64,000 nt of DNA from a virus: the IMG/VR virus record IMGVR_UViG_3300030108_005940, positions 64,001 to 128,000 of that record. One strand, given 5' to 3'. A model generated the notes under the pieces. The model saw nothing but the letters and a program-made list of their open reading frames with translations. It ran no database searches and was not told the origin of the DNA. The translations under genes were made by a program, and so were the position numbers. Shown one piece after another: positions 54,800 to 64,000 of the stretch; position 1 is the first letter of the stretch; each line of letters begins with the position of its first letter.

Positions 54800-57700
54800 T
54801 TATGCTGTTAAGTCACCAGCAACTAACCAAGTGTCTGTTGCAATTTTAGTTAATACAGCTGAACTGTATTGGACACGAGTTTTTAGTTCATTATCAGCTG
54901 CATACAACGTTACTCCTGAACCTGCAGCTATAGTAACTTGTCCTGCTCCTTTCTGTACAATTGTAACCTCAGCACCAATAGGAAAAGCTACTGAGCTGTT
55001 TGGCGGTACAGTTAAAGTAATAGCACTTCCATTATCAAGAGTAAGTAACCTACCATGGTCTCCTATTACTAAAGTTTTAGCTGTAGCTGTATTTATAGCT
55101 AATTGAGTATTTTGCCTCACCATTCCATTAATATCGAAAACTGAGTTTGTAAAATCCATTGTAGCGAAAGTTGCCTTACCTGACCCCCCATTACCGCAAA
55201 ATACAGTACAGCAATATGCGGCACCGCTTTCAATTTTTATATGACCATTTCCGGTTTGAACCATGTACAAGTCTCCGTATTGCACTAAACATGAACAATC
55301 ACCAAATTTTAAACCATAACCTGAACCTTGGTTTAATTGAATACTACCGCCACATATATGTAATTTATCATCTGCTGTAGAAGAACCAATTGCAACATTA
55401 CCCCCATCTTTAATAAAGATACCATTACTTGCATCATCAGTCACATAAAGACCACCGCTATCTATTGCTCTTATTTGATCTGTATATACAGACTTGCCTT
55501 GACCGAGATATACATTACCTAATGCGCTTATGTTTCCTGCAACAGTTAATTTTTCACCCGGGTCATCTTCACCAATACCAAGATTACAACAAATATAATT
55601 ATCACCATTAGCATGCAGCTGTACTTGGGCAGTCTGACCATCTTTGTACATAACCATAACACCAGAATCGTTACTATCAACGTATAAATTATGTGTTATT
55701 GAATCATCACTATCTTCTCTAATAAAAATACCATTAGTATTAGTACCGGTGTGTATATCTAATGTTGCACCAGGAGATGTTGTACCTATACCAATATTAC
55801 CTCCGGATGCAACATGCATTCTTGTTGCACCGCCTACACATAATTGTACATCACAGAAACCATTACCTACTGTCCCACCATCACTTGGACCTAAAACCAA
55901 ATCTTCATTATAAGCCATTACCACTCCAGTGTCGACTACTAGACATTTATTAAAATAAATTTTAGCTCTATCAGTTTGAATATGAGCATACGACCCATTT
56001 GCAGAACCAATTTCAAGATACCCGGTATCACTCTGTGAACGTAATAAGGTTTGATTAGTTATTGTAAGACAATTACCAGGATTAGGTCCTATCTTTAAGC
56101 AATTATTAGAGCTTATTTCACCAGAAACAGTAAGCTCTACCGGTGGTGGCGTCGAATTCATAGTCCCAATACCAACTTTACCTTTTAAGTAAGTACCGGC
56201 AACATCATCATTACCAAGCACAACACTATTATTACCACAACCACAAGCGCAGAAACCAATTACAGTTTCGTTTACTGGAGTACCAGCTAATGATCTTGTA
56301 CAAGCTCCTAAATATGTACTGTTATCAGGTGATGTTACTGCACTAGAACCGTTATTTTCAAATCTTCCAGCTGCATAACCTACAGCTGCGTTACAGTCTC
56401 CATCAGTATTATTACAGAGAGAATATAAACCAATAGATGTATTATAATGACCGGTTGTATTGGATCTTGAAGAATTAAAACCTACTGCAGTATTATTATT
56501 ACCGGTAGTATTCGAATACAGCGCATGAGTTCCTATTCCAACATTTTGATAACCGCATGTATTTGTTCTAAGCGCTTGGTAACCTAAAGCTTCATTATAT
56601 ACACCAGCTGTTGTACAGCGTAAAGCATCAAGACCAACAGCTGTATTAGCATTCGAATTAGCTGCTAACAACGCTCTAAAACCTACAGCTGTATTACTTG
56701 CTGCAGATATTGCACCCTTTAATGTTTCATATCCAACAGCTGTGTTATAACCCCGGCAAAGAACGTTTGTAAGCGCGCAGGTTCCAATAGCAACATTACA
56801 TCCACCGGTAATAACACTCTTAAGGGATGAGGGTCCAATAGCTATATTATGTGTTCCTATCGTATTAGAATGTAGAGTATTAGATCCAATGGCTATATTA
56901 CAACATCCTGTTGTATTGTTTGTTAGTCCAAGATAACCTAAACTAACATTATCCCTTCCAATTGTATTATCCATTAGATTTCTATAACCAGCACTAAAGT
57001 TATAGTCACCTGATGTACTATAGTACATACTTTGCCAACCTATACTAGTATTATGTGAACCACATATGTTTGTATACAATGCGTTGTAACCTAGAGCAAC
57101 GTTACAATTTCCATTTCGATTATAAAACATTGCCTGATATCCAATAGCAACATTACTGCTCCCGCTGTTGCTATAAGGATGACCGCCGGAGTGAGCCATG
57201 GCTCCTATAGCAACATTATTTAACCCGGTTGCATTATAAAGTAGGGCACTGGGACCTATACCAACATTATAATTTCCGGTTGTATTATTTTCGAGAGATT
57301 TAAATGCTATCGCGACGTTACAACAACCAGTTGTATTATCATGTAGTGCACACCCACCAATACCGATATTATTACTAGCAGTAGTATTTTTGCATAAAGG
57401 TCTATATCCTATAGCTATATTATTTGTACCGTGGGTATTTGCTTTAAGAGGTTCACGTCCTATCCCAATATTATAAAATCCTCCAGTATTATTGTAGAGA
57501 GCATGATAGCCGATAGCTTCATTATGATAACCGGTTGAATTATAATACAAAGTGCATGCTCCAATCGCATTATTAAATACACCGGTAGTATTAGTATATA
57601 GAGCATTTGTACCAACACCTACGTTCTGACAAGCAGTACCGGTGTTGTTGTTTAATACAAAGTGACCTATACCAACATTACACCCGGCTTCTGTATTTTT

Positions 57701-59446
57701 CCATAAAGTTTGACGCCCTAATGCTATATTACCCCCACCGGTAGTATTATCATCTAAAGCTTGTCGACCTATAGCTATATTATAATCACCCGAAGTATTA
57801 CCAAATAAAGTTCTATAACCTATAGCGGTATTATAAGTACCCGCTATATTACTACATAAAGCCTCAGTACCAAAAGCATTATTTTTATCTCCTGTTGTAT
57901 TGCTACATAAAGCATACTGTCCAACAGCGGTGTTATTAACAGCGCATGTATTACTTACTAAGGCACAAGATCCTACAGCTACGTTACACGCTCCTCCCAA
58001 ATTTGCATACAAGGCTTTAGATCCTACAGCTACATTATAGTTACTAGTTTCATTAGATTTTAAAGCTTCACAACCAATAGCAACGTTGCAATCACCTGTT
58101 GTATTATAATATGCAGCTCCGCAACCAACTGCAACATTACGTAATCCTGATGTGTTGCTAAATAATGCGCCTTCTCCAACAGCGGTGTTTTGATAACCTT
58201 CAGCGTTTGAAAACATAGACTGTAATCCAATTGCTGTGTTTTGAGTACCAGCTCCTGTATTAGTATGTAAAGCTTGCAACCCAACAGCTGTGTTTGAACC
58301 TGTTGTATTATTTTGAAGTGCACCAGCTCCAACAGCAACGTTATAATCTCCTGTAGAGTTTGTTAACAACGCCCTATAACCTATAGCTGTATTTAAATTA
58401 GCCCCGCTACCCATAAGTAACATAGCCTTGGTACCCATGACTGTATTACCGGTAACAGTACTACAATAACCACTTAAAGCACTAACACTACCTGCTATTG
58501 TAAGTTCAGCAGATAGCGGATTAGTTGTCATTATACCAACTTTACCATGATTTGTAGCTGTTATTCTTGTAGCAGCTCCAGCACCTAAAAGTAATTTGTT
58601 TGAATCGTGGTTATATATAACATACCCTCTATATACTTCATCTCCTGATGTACCATCAGCAAAATATAAATTACCAGTATCAGCATTATCAGAATATATA
58701 GTAATGCCATGACATCCGGTTCCACTACCAACTACTAATGTATTAGCTGAATCACTCAAGCTACTCTGATCCTGAGTACGAATACCAACTTTATCGCTAG
58801 TATCTATAAACAACGATGTAGTAGTACCATTATCAGTACTAAACTCCATGTCAACACCATTAGCATAAAAATTTAAATCACCCCCTGTTCGACTAATAGA
58901 AGAATTTTCACCGCCTATACAAATTGCTGCTTCACCTGAACCCCTTGATTCTAAACATATATGAGCACCAGAAGCACCATCATCTACAACTAAGCTAGTT
59001 GTAGCATCAGTACCTTTAATACAGACAATATCAGAGCAAAATTTTGCATCTCCTATTACCTCTAGTTTAGAGGTAGGTGTACCAGTACCAATGCCGACGT
59101 TACCTGCGGAAGTAACCAGGGTATTTGTACCGTATGTACCTATAGTAACTACGTCTGTTACACAAGAATTTACATTTATTATCGGAAGTCCAGATGCATC
59201 ATTAACAGAAAAAATATCTCCTGTAAGACTATCTGTTACACCTAATAATTGGCCACCGTCACCTACAACAGAAAAACGAGAAGCACCAGTTAAACCACCA
59301 TAATGACTTTCAATTTCTAACCCGGATTTATCTATTTGGGAAAACTGTATACCGCCACTTGAAATTTTAGGCACAGTTGACCCACCAGCTGTCTCTTCAT
59401 TGAAGTAGATTGCCCCTGATGCTGGAGTTATAAGTACGTTTGCCAT
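54800..59446 (-). CDS. Long tail fibre/adhesin with 14-aa beta-roll repeats, Cys-rich
   Basis: VGIGT fibre motifs, tandem N-x-A-[IV]-G-x-x-A-L repeats, C-terminal TLTVP...FPIG...W...GDL domain; TATAAATA promoter. Confidence 0.8.
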   Translation of the reverse strand: MANVLITPASGAIYFNEETAGGSTVPKISSGGIQFSQIDKSGLEIESHYGGLTGASRFSVVGDGGQLLGVTDSLTGDIFSVNDASGLPIINVNSCVTDVVTIGTYGTNTLVTSAGNVGIGTGTPTSKLEVIGDAKFCSDIVCIKGTDATTSLVVDDGASGAHICLESRGSGEAAICIGGENSSISRTGGDLNFYANGVDMEFSTDNGTTTSLFIDTSDKVGIRTQDQSSLSDSANTLVVGSGTGCHGITIYSDNADTGNLYFADGTSGDEVYRGYVIYNHDSNKLLLGAGAATRITATNHGKVGIMTTNPLSAELTIAGSVSALSGYCSTVTGNTVMGTKAMLLMGSGANLNTAIGYRALLTNSTGDYNVAVGAGALQNNTTGSNTAVGLQALHTNTGAGTQNTAIGLQSMFSNAEGYQNTAVGEGALFSNTSGLRNVAVGCGAAYYNTTGDCNVAIGCEALKSNETSNYNVAVGSKALYANLGGACNVAVGSCALVSNTCAVNNTAVGQYALCSNTTGDKNNAFGTEALCSNIAGTYNTAIGYRTLFGNTSGDYNIAIGRQALDDNTTGGGNIALGRQTLWKNTEAGCNVGIGHFVLNNNTGTACQNVGVGTNALYTNTTGVFNNAIGACTLYYNSTGYHNEAIGYHALYNNTGGFYNIGIGREPLKANTHGTNNIAIGYRPLCKNTTASNNIGIGGCALHDNTTGCCNVAIAFKSLENNTTGNYNVGIGPSALLYNATGLNNVAIGAMAHSGGHPYSNSGSSNVAIGYQAMFYNRNGNCNVALGYNALYTNICGSHNTSIGWQSMYYSTSGDYNFSAGYRNLMDNTIGRDNVSLGYLGLTNNTTGCCNIAIGSNTLHSNTIGTHNIAIGPSSLKSVITGGCNVAIGTCALTNVLCRGYNTAVGYETLKGAISAASNTAVGFRALLAANSNANTAVGLDALRCTTAGVYNEALGYQALRTNTCGYQNVGIGTHALYSNTTGNNNTAVGFNSSRSNTTGHYNTSIGLYSLCNNTDGDCNAAVGYAAGRFENNGSSAVTSPDNSTYLGACTRSLAGTPVNETVIGFCACGCGNNSVVLGNDDVAGTYLKGKVGIGTMNSTPPPVELTVSGEISSNNCLKIGPNPGNCLTITNQTLLRSQSDTGYLEIGSANGSYAHIQTDRAKIYFNKCLVVDTGVVMAYNEDLVLGPSDGGTVGNGFCDVQLCVGGATRMHVASGGNIGIGTTSPGATLDIHTGTNTNGIFIREDSDDSITHNLYVDSNDSGVMVMYKDGQTAQVQLHANGDNYICCNLGIGEDDPGEKLTVAGNISALGNVYLGQGKSVYTDQIRAIDSGGLYVTDDASNGIFIKDGGNVAIGSSTADDKLHICGGSIQLNQGSGYGLKFGDCSCLVQYGDLYMVQTGNGHIKIESGAAYCCTVFCGNGGSGKATFATMDFTNSVFDINGMVRQNTQLAINTATAKTLVIGDHGRLLTLDNGSAITLTVPPNSSVAFPIGAEVTIVQKGAGQVTIAAGSGVTLYAADNELKTRVQYSSAVLTKIATDTWLVAGDLTA
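56215..58450 (-). repeat. About 50 tandem 14-aa (42-bp) degenerate coding repeats (YadA-head-like beta-roll)
   Basis: e.g. NTAIGYRALLTNST / NVAVGAGALQNNTT / NTAVGLQALHTNTG; boundaries approximate. Confidence 0.8.
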
Positions 59447-59471
59447 CTATATATATTTATACGTTAAATTT

Positions 59472-60278
59472 TTATCCAATATTTTGGTTTGTTCCAAATC
59501 TATCCTTAGTTGCGTTATAATTTTGTAAAATTTCTTCTGCTGTTAATGTCCTTTCATAGTACATATAACAATTAGCTCTCATTGTAGGAGGACCGTATCC
59601 ACCGCTCCAGCTTCCCCAGGTTGCCATATCATTACCAGATGGAGCAGCAAAAGATGCACTAGCAGTAGATTCCCCATCAAATAACCCATTAAAATATAAT
59701 TTAGTTTTATAGGTACCTCCAGGTATATCCTCATCTGTTGTAGCCATACAAAGCCACTGCTGTGGATCGTTGAATTCTGTTGTCACACGGGAATAAGAAC
59801 CAGTAGTACCAGAATTAGGATATCTTAAAAACCCTCTCGCACTACTTGTCCCCCCGGGGGATAAATAAAAAGAAGTTTTAGATTGAAAACCTCCACCGTA
59901 AATGTTGTCTGTTCGTTGGCTACTGTTACCATACGGAAAATTAAACCAGCAGAAGAATGTATAATTATTTACATTAGTTCTTGTATAGGCTTCGTTAGAT
60001 AACCAACCCGGGTCTTCATTTGTATCTGTAACACCATCTTGATTATATAACCATAATCCCGTTTGCTCATGTCTTGTAAAAGACATTTCCGGACATGCAT
60101 CTGTGTCATATACTCTTAAATAATCATCTGCATGATCACTCTCTGTCGCTAAGTTATATAACTTAGTATTTTCATCAATAGCAACAGTTGGGTTTGGGAG
60201 GCATCTGGGATTATTTACATCATAATACCATACTAACCCTTCTGTTACTATTCTAGCTGTATTATGTGAAACACTCAT
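59472..60278 (-). CDS. LamG/ConA-like virion protein, paralogue 1
   Basis: IVTEGLVWYYD..NPRC ... LYFNG ... YERTLTAEEILQNYNATKDRF. Confidence 0.7.
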   Translation of the reverse strand: MSVSHNTARIVTEGLVWYYDVNNPRCLPNPTVAIDENTKLYNLATESDHADDYLRVYDTDACPEMSFTRHEQTGLWLYNQDGVTDTNEDPGWLSNEAYTRTNVNNYTFFCWFNFPYGNSSQRTDNIYGGGFQSKTSFYLSPGGTSSARGFLRYPNSGTTGSYSRVTTEFNDPQQWLCMATTDEDIPGGTYKTKLYFNGLFDGESTASASFAAPSGNDMATWGSWSGGYGPPTMRANCYMYYERTLTAEEILQNYNATKDRFGTNQNIG

Positions 60279-61006
60279 CCTGTTGTAAAACTAGCCCCTC
60301 TAGAGGTTCGTCCTTTGTATATGTTATATGTATATCTAACTTCATCGTCTGTCAACTTTCTATCATAAACTGCTATAGCTTCGTTATAAGCATGTCTATA
60401 ATCTGAACCACCAGGGGGAATAAAAGTAGTCATATGACTTAAAGAAGAACCAGAACTTGTTTGACCTAAATTACCTGTTAAATTAACAGCACTTCCTGCC
60501 TTAGTATCGTTTACCCATAGTTGTGAAGCTCCTGGAGCTGCACATTGTAAAGTTAATAAATATGTCCCTCCAGGGCTTAATATTGCGGTATTTGTAATAT
60601 TAGTCCACCCGCTTGCATCTCCTGCAGTTTGATTACCATACCATCTAAATTTTAACTGAGAACCGTTTCCAAGATAGTTTCCAAAATGGTATAATATAAA
60701 ACTAGCATTATTAGCATATGAACTATTCCATTTACTTACAGGATGTTCAGCATAACCGGTATGTGAGCGTAATACATGTATCAATGTAAAGAAAGTAATT
60801 TCAGATATATCATTAGCCCATGAAGATATATTAGCGTTAGACCATGTATCTTCAGCATTTAAGCTAGATTGCTGTGATATGGTACCGGTTACAGAGGGAT
60901 CTGCTAAATTTATACTAGTAGATCCTTGATAGCATCTTGGATTTTTAAAATCCTCAACAAATACTAAACCGTCACGTATTAAATGACCTTTTATTTCAGA
61001 CGCCAT
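60275..61006 (-). CDS. LamG/ConA-like virion protein, paralogue 2
   Basis: LIRDGLVFVEDFKNPRCY ... YDRKLTDDEV..TYN..KGR. Confidence 0.65.
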   Translation of the reverse strand: MASEIKGHLIRDGLVFVEDFKNPRCYQGSTSINLADPSVTGTISQQSSLNAEDTWSNANISSWANDISEITFFTLIHVLRSHTGYAEHPVSKWNSSYANNASFILYHFGNYLGNGSQLKFRWYGNQTAGDASGWTNITNTAILSPGGTYLLTLQCAAPGASQLWVNDTKAGSAVNLTGNLGQTSSGSSLSHMTTFIPPGGSDYRHAYNEAIAVYDRKLTDDEVRYTYNIYKGRTSRGASFTTG

Positions 61007-64000
61007 CTACTTCTACCTCCATTCTATCGATATCTTTACGTTCACCATATACTACGTAGTTATAGCAATCAGAAACTCCACCTATACAAATATGTTCATT
61101 GCTCTGACACTTAACATATAAACACTGATAACTACCCACTGGTGTTAATATTACTGAAACAGAGTCATCTCTAACTAATCCTTTCCAATATTCAGGTAAA
61201 GTAATACAACTTTTATCAGTTTTACCTCTAAATTGTACACCCCATTCTGGAGCCTCTACAGCGCCGTGTTTTAGTTTATAACCAGGCTTTGTTGGGTGAT
61301 CAATTAAGAATGCTTTTGTACAAGCACTAAAGTGATTAACACCGGTTAGATCACCATCTATAATAACAGCTCCTGTAGATCCAGCAATACACCCGGTAAC
61401 ACATACTCCAGTATTTGTTGTCTCAAACTTCTTTGAGTTGTCGAAAAATAATTCAACATTACCACCATTATTTGCATTCACAGTCTGACCAGAGCCATCA
61501 GCATTCTGCAATCTAAGGTTGTTTGCTCTAATATATAAATCACCAATCCCAACATCGTCTATAAAGCTATTACTTCCATTGTGATAGATTTGTAAATATT
61601 TTTGATCCCCTACTGATATCTTACCGTCATCCGGAACAGCGACTTCAGATGTTGCACTAAGACCTGCAACACAAACACCAGTAGATGTTGTCTCAAACTT
61701 CTTTGAGTTATCGTGATATAATTCAACTGCTCCGTCATCAATAAACTTAGCTTGCGTTTCACCTCCATCTCCAGACCTTATACATGTATTATTACCATCT
61801 AGATATAAAATCCCATTAGTAGCAGCTACTCTTGTATATCCAGTCGTACCTTCAATTTTATTGTTTCCGTCGTGATATAATTGTAAATCAGCACTACAGC
61901 CTAACCCTATCTTGTAGCCATCCGGTAAGTTTAACGCCTCATTTAAAATATCAGTACCAATACCAACTCTCGGAGCAGAAGCATTAGCAGATAACGTCAT
62001 GGCAAATCCCTGTGATGTACCTATTTTTACACAACCTGACTTACCACTAGTAAGACATAATTCTGCTGCGTTGCTAACATATTGTGCATCAAGTTTTGTT
62101 CCAGCAAAACAACTATTTGCGTTAATTACTTTACCTAGTATGGTACCACAAGTAGTTTTAATATCACATCTACCACTTATAGTACCAAATACGGTAAGTT
62201 TTTCATTAGGTGTAGTAGTACCTATACCCACGTTACCAGCAGAAACAGGTAAACCAGTACCTATTAATATTTGTTCTTCACCACCATCTAACCGCAAGTA
62301 ATCAACTTCATTACCATAGCCGTCGTCAGCTTTAAATAAAATATCAGCATCAGATGCTTGATTGCAAAAAGTTATATTTCCTTTGGTACCAATTAATAAC
62401 GCGTTAGTATCATTATGACTTATTGTAAAATCTTCATGAGTTCCAAATCCAGCTGTTACATTATCAGCAAATCGGAAGTTTTGCTTAACACAAGTATTAT
62501 TTGCACTACTATCAATCCTTATATACTCAGCAGCAGTACCACTGGAGTTTTCAGCGCAAAATACGATATCATTACCATGATCATAGTTATAGAAAATTAT
62601 ATCACCACTATGACTTTCAACAAAATTTGTTGAACCATCGTGATAAAATCTAAAGTTACCACCTGTACCAAATCGAAGGCTGCAATTATTTACTAAGTTG
62701 AGAGAACCAGAAGGTGAGTTTGTACCTATACCAATATTACCAGCAAAATAGTTAGGACTAGGACCAGCAGCACTCAGACTTCCACTAGCGCTTATGTTAC
62801 CATGTACAGTTAATTTTTCAGATGTTTTTTCTGTACCTATACCTACATTATCTCCATTAGAAGCATTAAGAAGTGTATCACCATCAGGCTTTAAAGTAAT
62901 TTCAGCACCCCCAGTACCTTGGTATGTAATAAAAAAATCAGAATCATTACCATTATCAGCGTGATAAAAATTAACATTATCACTACCACCGCTTCCATTA
63001 TCAATACGCAACCCCCCTGTACTTCCATGACCTTGTATGTGAAATTTTGCGCCCGGGGTACATGTACCTATACCAACATCACCCCCGCTAAGCCAGCTAT
63101 CACCATTAGAGTTTAATCTAATATTTTCAAAAGCATTATTATAAATTTGTAATTTACCTGCAGTACTTTGTCCATTAGCTATAGCAACACAACCCATATT
63201 TGGTTTAATATGAAAGTGACCTCCACCTTGTTGCAAACATGTACATCTGCCATTAGTACTTGAAAGCATAGCAACAGCTTCAGAACCACCTATAGTAAGC
63301 AATTGATCTGGAGCTGGTGTTCCGATACCAACATTGCCACTATTTAGGATAGTCATTCTGTTATGCAGAGTGCCACCGGTACAAGTTTCAAAGAAAATAT
63401 CACTGGTGTTGTTATTAGCTCCATATATATGGGTATCAGTAGTGGAATCCATTCCTATGATATCAAAAGGAAGTGAATTGCCATAATAGCCCCTCAATGC
63501 TTTGCCTTGAGTAATTAAAATATCTCCATCAACATGAAGTTCTGCTTGAGGACCAGTTCTACCTATACCAACTTTACCTTCAAAGTAATTATTATCTGGA
63601 CCAGCGGCGCTAAGACTTCCACTAGCACTTATGTTACCAAGTACAGTTAATTTTTCAGCTGGTGCTACTGTACCTATACCTACGTTACCACCTTCCTCAA
63701 GACGCATTAATTCATCAGAACCATTGACATCAAATATGATATCACTGTTTGCACTTACTTTTGTATCATCGTTAAACTTTATGTAAGAGCTTGCATAAGT
63801 TGTTCCTTTAAATTTTTTATCATCACCTAATGCTACATTACCAGAAGAATCAATGGTCATCATTGTCGAAGTGCCAGTTACATCAATCTTTAGATTACCA
63901 TCACCGATTAAGAGGTTGTCTGAACCATCCATCTTAGCAACACCTATCACCCCACCCCCAGCAGTCTCTGCCAAATACTGTTGATTGTTATCTATCCTTA
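60996..64000 (-). CDS. Long tail fibre protein with C-terminal chaperone-like domain (5' end beyond window)
   Basis: Repeated GNVGIGT..P..KL.V.GNISA modules; C-terminal K.FLIDHP...L.H...E.PE.GV..RG; frame stays open to 64000. Confidence 0.78.
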   Translation of the reverse strand, partial: RIDNNQQYLAETAGGGVIGVAKMDGSDNLLIGDGNLKIDVTGTSTMMTIDSSGNVALGDDKKFKGTTYASSYIKFNDDTKVSANSDIIFDVNGSDELMRLEEGGNVGIGTVAPAEKLTVLGNISASGSLSAAGPDNNYFEGKVGIGRTGPQAELHVDGDILITQGKALRGYYGNSLPFDIIGMDSTTDTHIYGANNNTSDIFFETCTGGTLHNRMTILNSGNVGIGTPAPDQLLTIGGSEAVAMLSSTNGRCTCLQQGGGHFHIKPNMGCVAIANGQSTAGKLQIYNNAFENIRLNSNGDSWLSGGDVGIGTCTPGAKFHIQGHGSTGGLRIDNGSGGSDNVNFYHADNGNDSDFFITYQGTGGAEITLKPDGDTLLNASNGDNVGIGTEKTSEKLTVHGNISASGSLSAAGPSPNYFAGNIGIGTNSPSGSLNLVNNCSLRFGTGGNFRFYHDGSTNFVESHSGDIIFYNYDHGNDIVFCAENSSGTAAEYIRIDSSANNTCVKQNFRFADNVTAGFGTHEDFTISHNDTNALLIGTKGNITFCNQASDADILFKADDGYGNEVDYLRLDGGEEQILIGTGLPVSAGNVGIGTTTPNEKLTVFGTISGRCDIKTTCGTILGKVINANSCFAGTKLDAQYVSNAAELCLTSGKSGCVKIGTSQGFAMTLSANASAPRVGIGTDILNEALNLPDGYKIGLGCSADLQLYHDGNNKIEGTTGYTRVAATNGILYLDGNNTCIRSGDGGETQAKFIDDGAVELYHDNSKKFETTSTGVCVAGLSATSEVAVPDDGKISVGDQKYLQIYHNGSNSFIDDVGIGDLYIRANNLRLQNADGSGQTVNANNGGNVELFFDNSKKFETTNTGVCVTGCIAGSTGAVIIDGDLTGVNHFSACTKAFLIDHPTKPGYKLKHGAVEAPEWGVQFRGKTDKSCITLPEYWKGLVRDDSVSVILTPVGSYQCLYVKCQSNEHICIGGVSDCYNYVVYGERKDIDRMEVEVDGV

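Noticed and set aside
56215-58450. CRISPR array or DGR template/variable repeat
   Set aside because: Repeats are degenerate in-frame coding repeats without identical direct repeats; no reverse transcriptase in the window
61417-63640. Short nucleotide direct repeats in the fibre gene (DNSKKFETT twice; GNISASGSLSAAGP twice) as recombination or inversion sites
   Set aside because: Explained by internal duplication of fibre modules; same orientation and no recombinase nearby
1-64000. Stop-codon reassignment, introns or inteins
   Set aside because: Core genes (gp43, gp23, gp20, UvsW, UvsX) are full-length in the standard code, all three stops are used, and no intein or intron signatures were seen
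1-64000. tRNA or rRNA genes
   Set aside because: Intergenic gaps are nearly all too short and no cloverleaf or T-loop pattern was seen; tRNAscan-SE would confirm

Overview
The whole 64 kb window is part of a large, AT-rich T4-like (myovirus-type) phage genome; there are no host housekeeping genes, rRNA, tRNA or CRISPR. It has five parts. (1) A replication/recombination block on the minus strand: UvsX, gp43 PolB, a GT-B glycosyltransferase, gp46/47, the gp55 late sigma factor, UvsW and UvsY. (2) A late-expressed cluster (14.3-23.3 kb, plus the ORF at 299) of probable internal-head proteins with T4-like capsid-targeting N-termini. These include small basic Cys-containing modules, a PD-(D/E)xK-like protein, a KxDG ligase-like protein, a HIGH-type nucleotidyltransferase and a retropepsin-like protease. 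(3) A dispersed 7-deazaguanine (preQ0) pathway (folE2, queD, queE, queC) with no dpdA seen in the window. (4) A ~16 kb nucleotide-sugar/glycosyltransferase/radical-SAM cluster. (5) Head, neck and tail genes (gp15, gp20, gp13, gp4, gp21, gp67-like, gp22, gp23) followed by paralogous decoration-like genes, LamG-like proteins and long Cys-rich fibre proteins. Patterns read directly from the sequence: most transcription units appear leaderless (TTGAWW-N15/16-TATAAT-N6/7-ATG, or late TAAATA-N5-ATG); a recurring E-[DNGE]-x-E linker separates modules in putative head polyproteins; and an [LIV]-S-[AG] motif recurs in virion proteins and may be the acceptor site for the phage-encoded glycosylation machinery. 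All family assignments come from motif recognition by eye; no database search was run.
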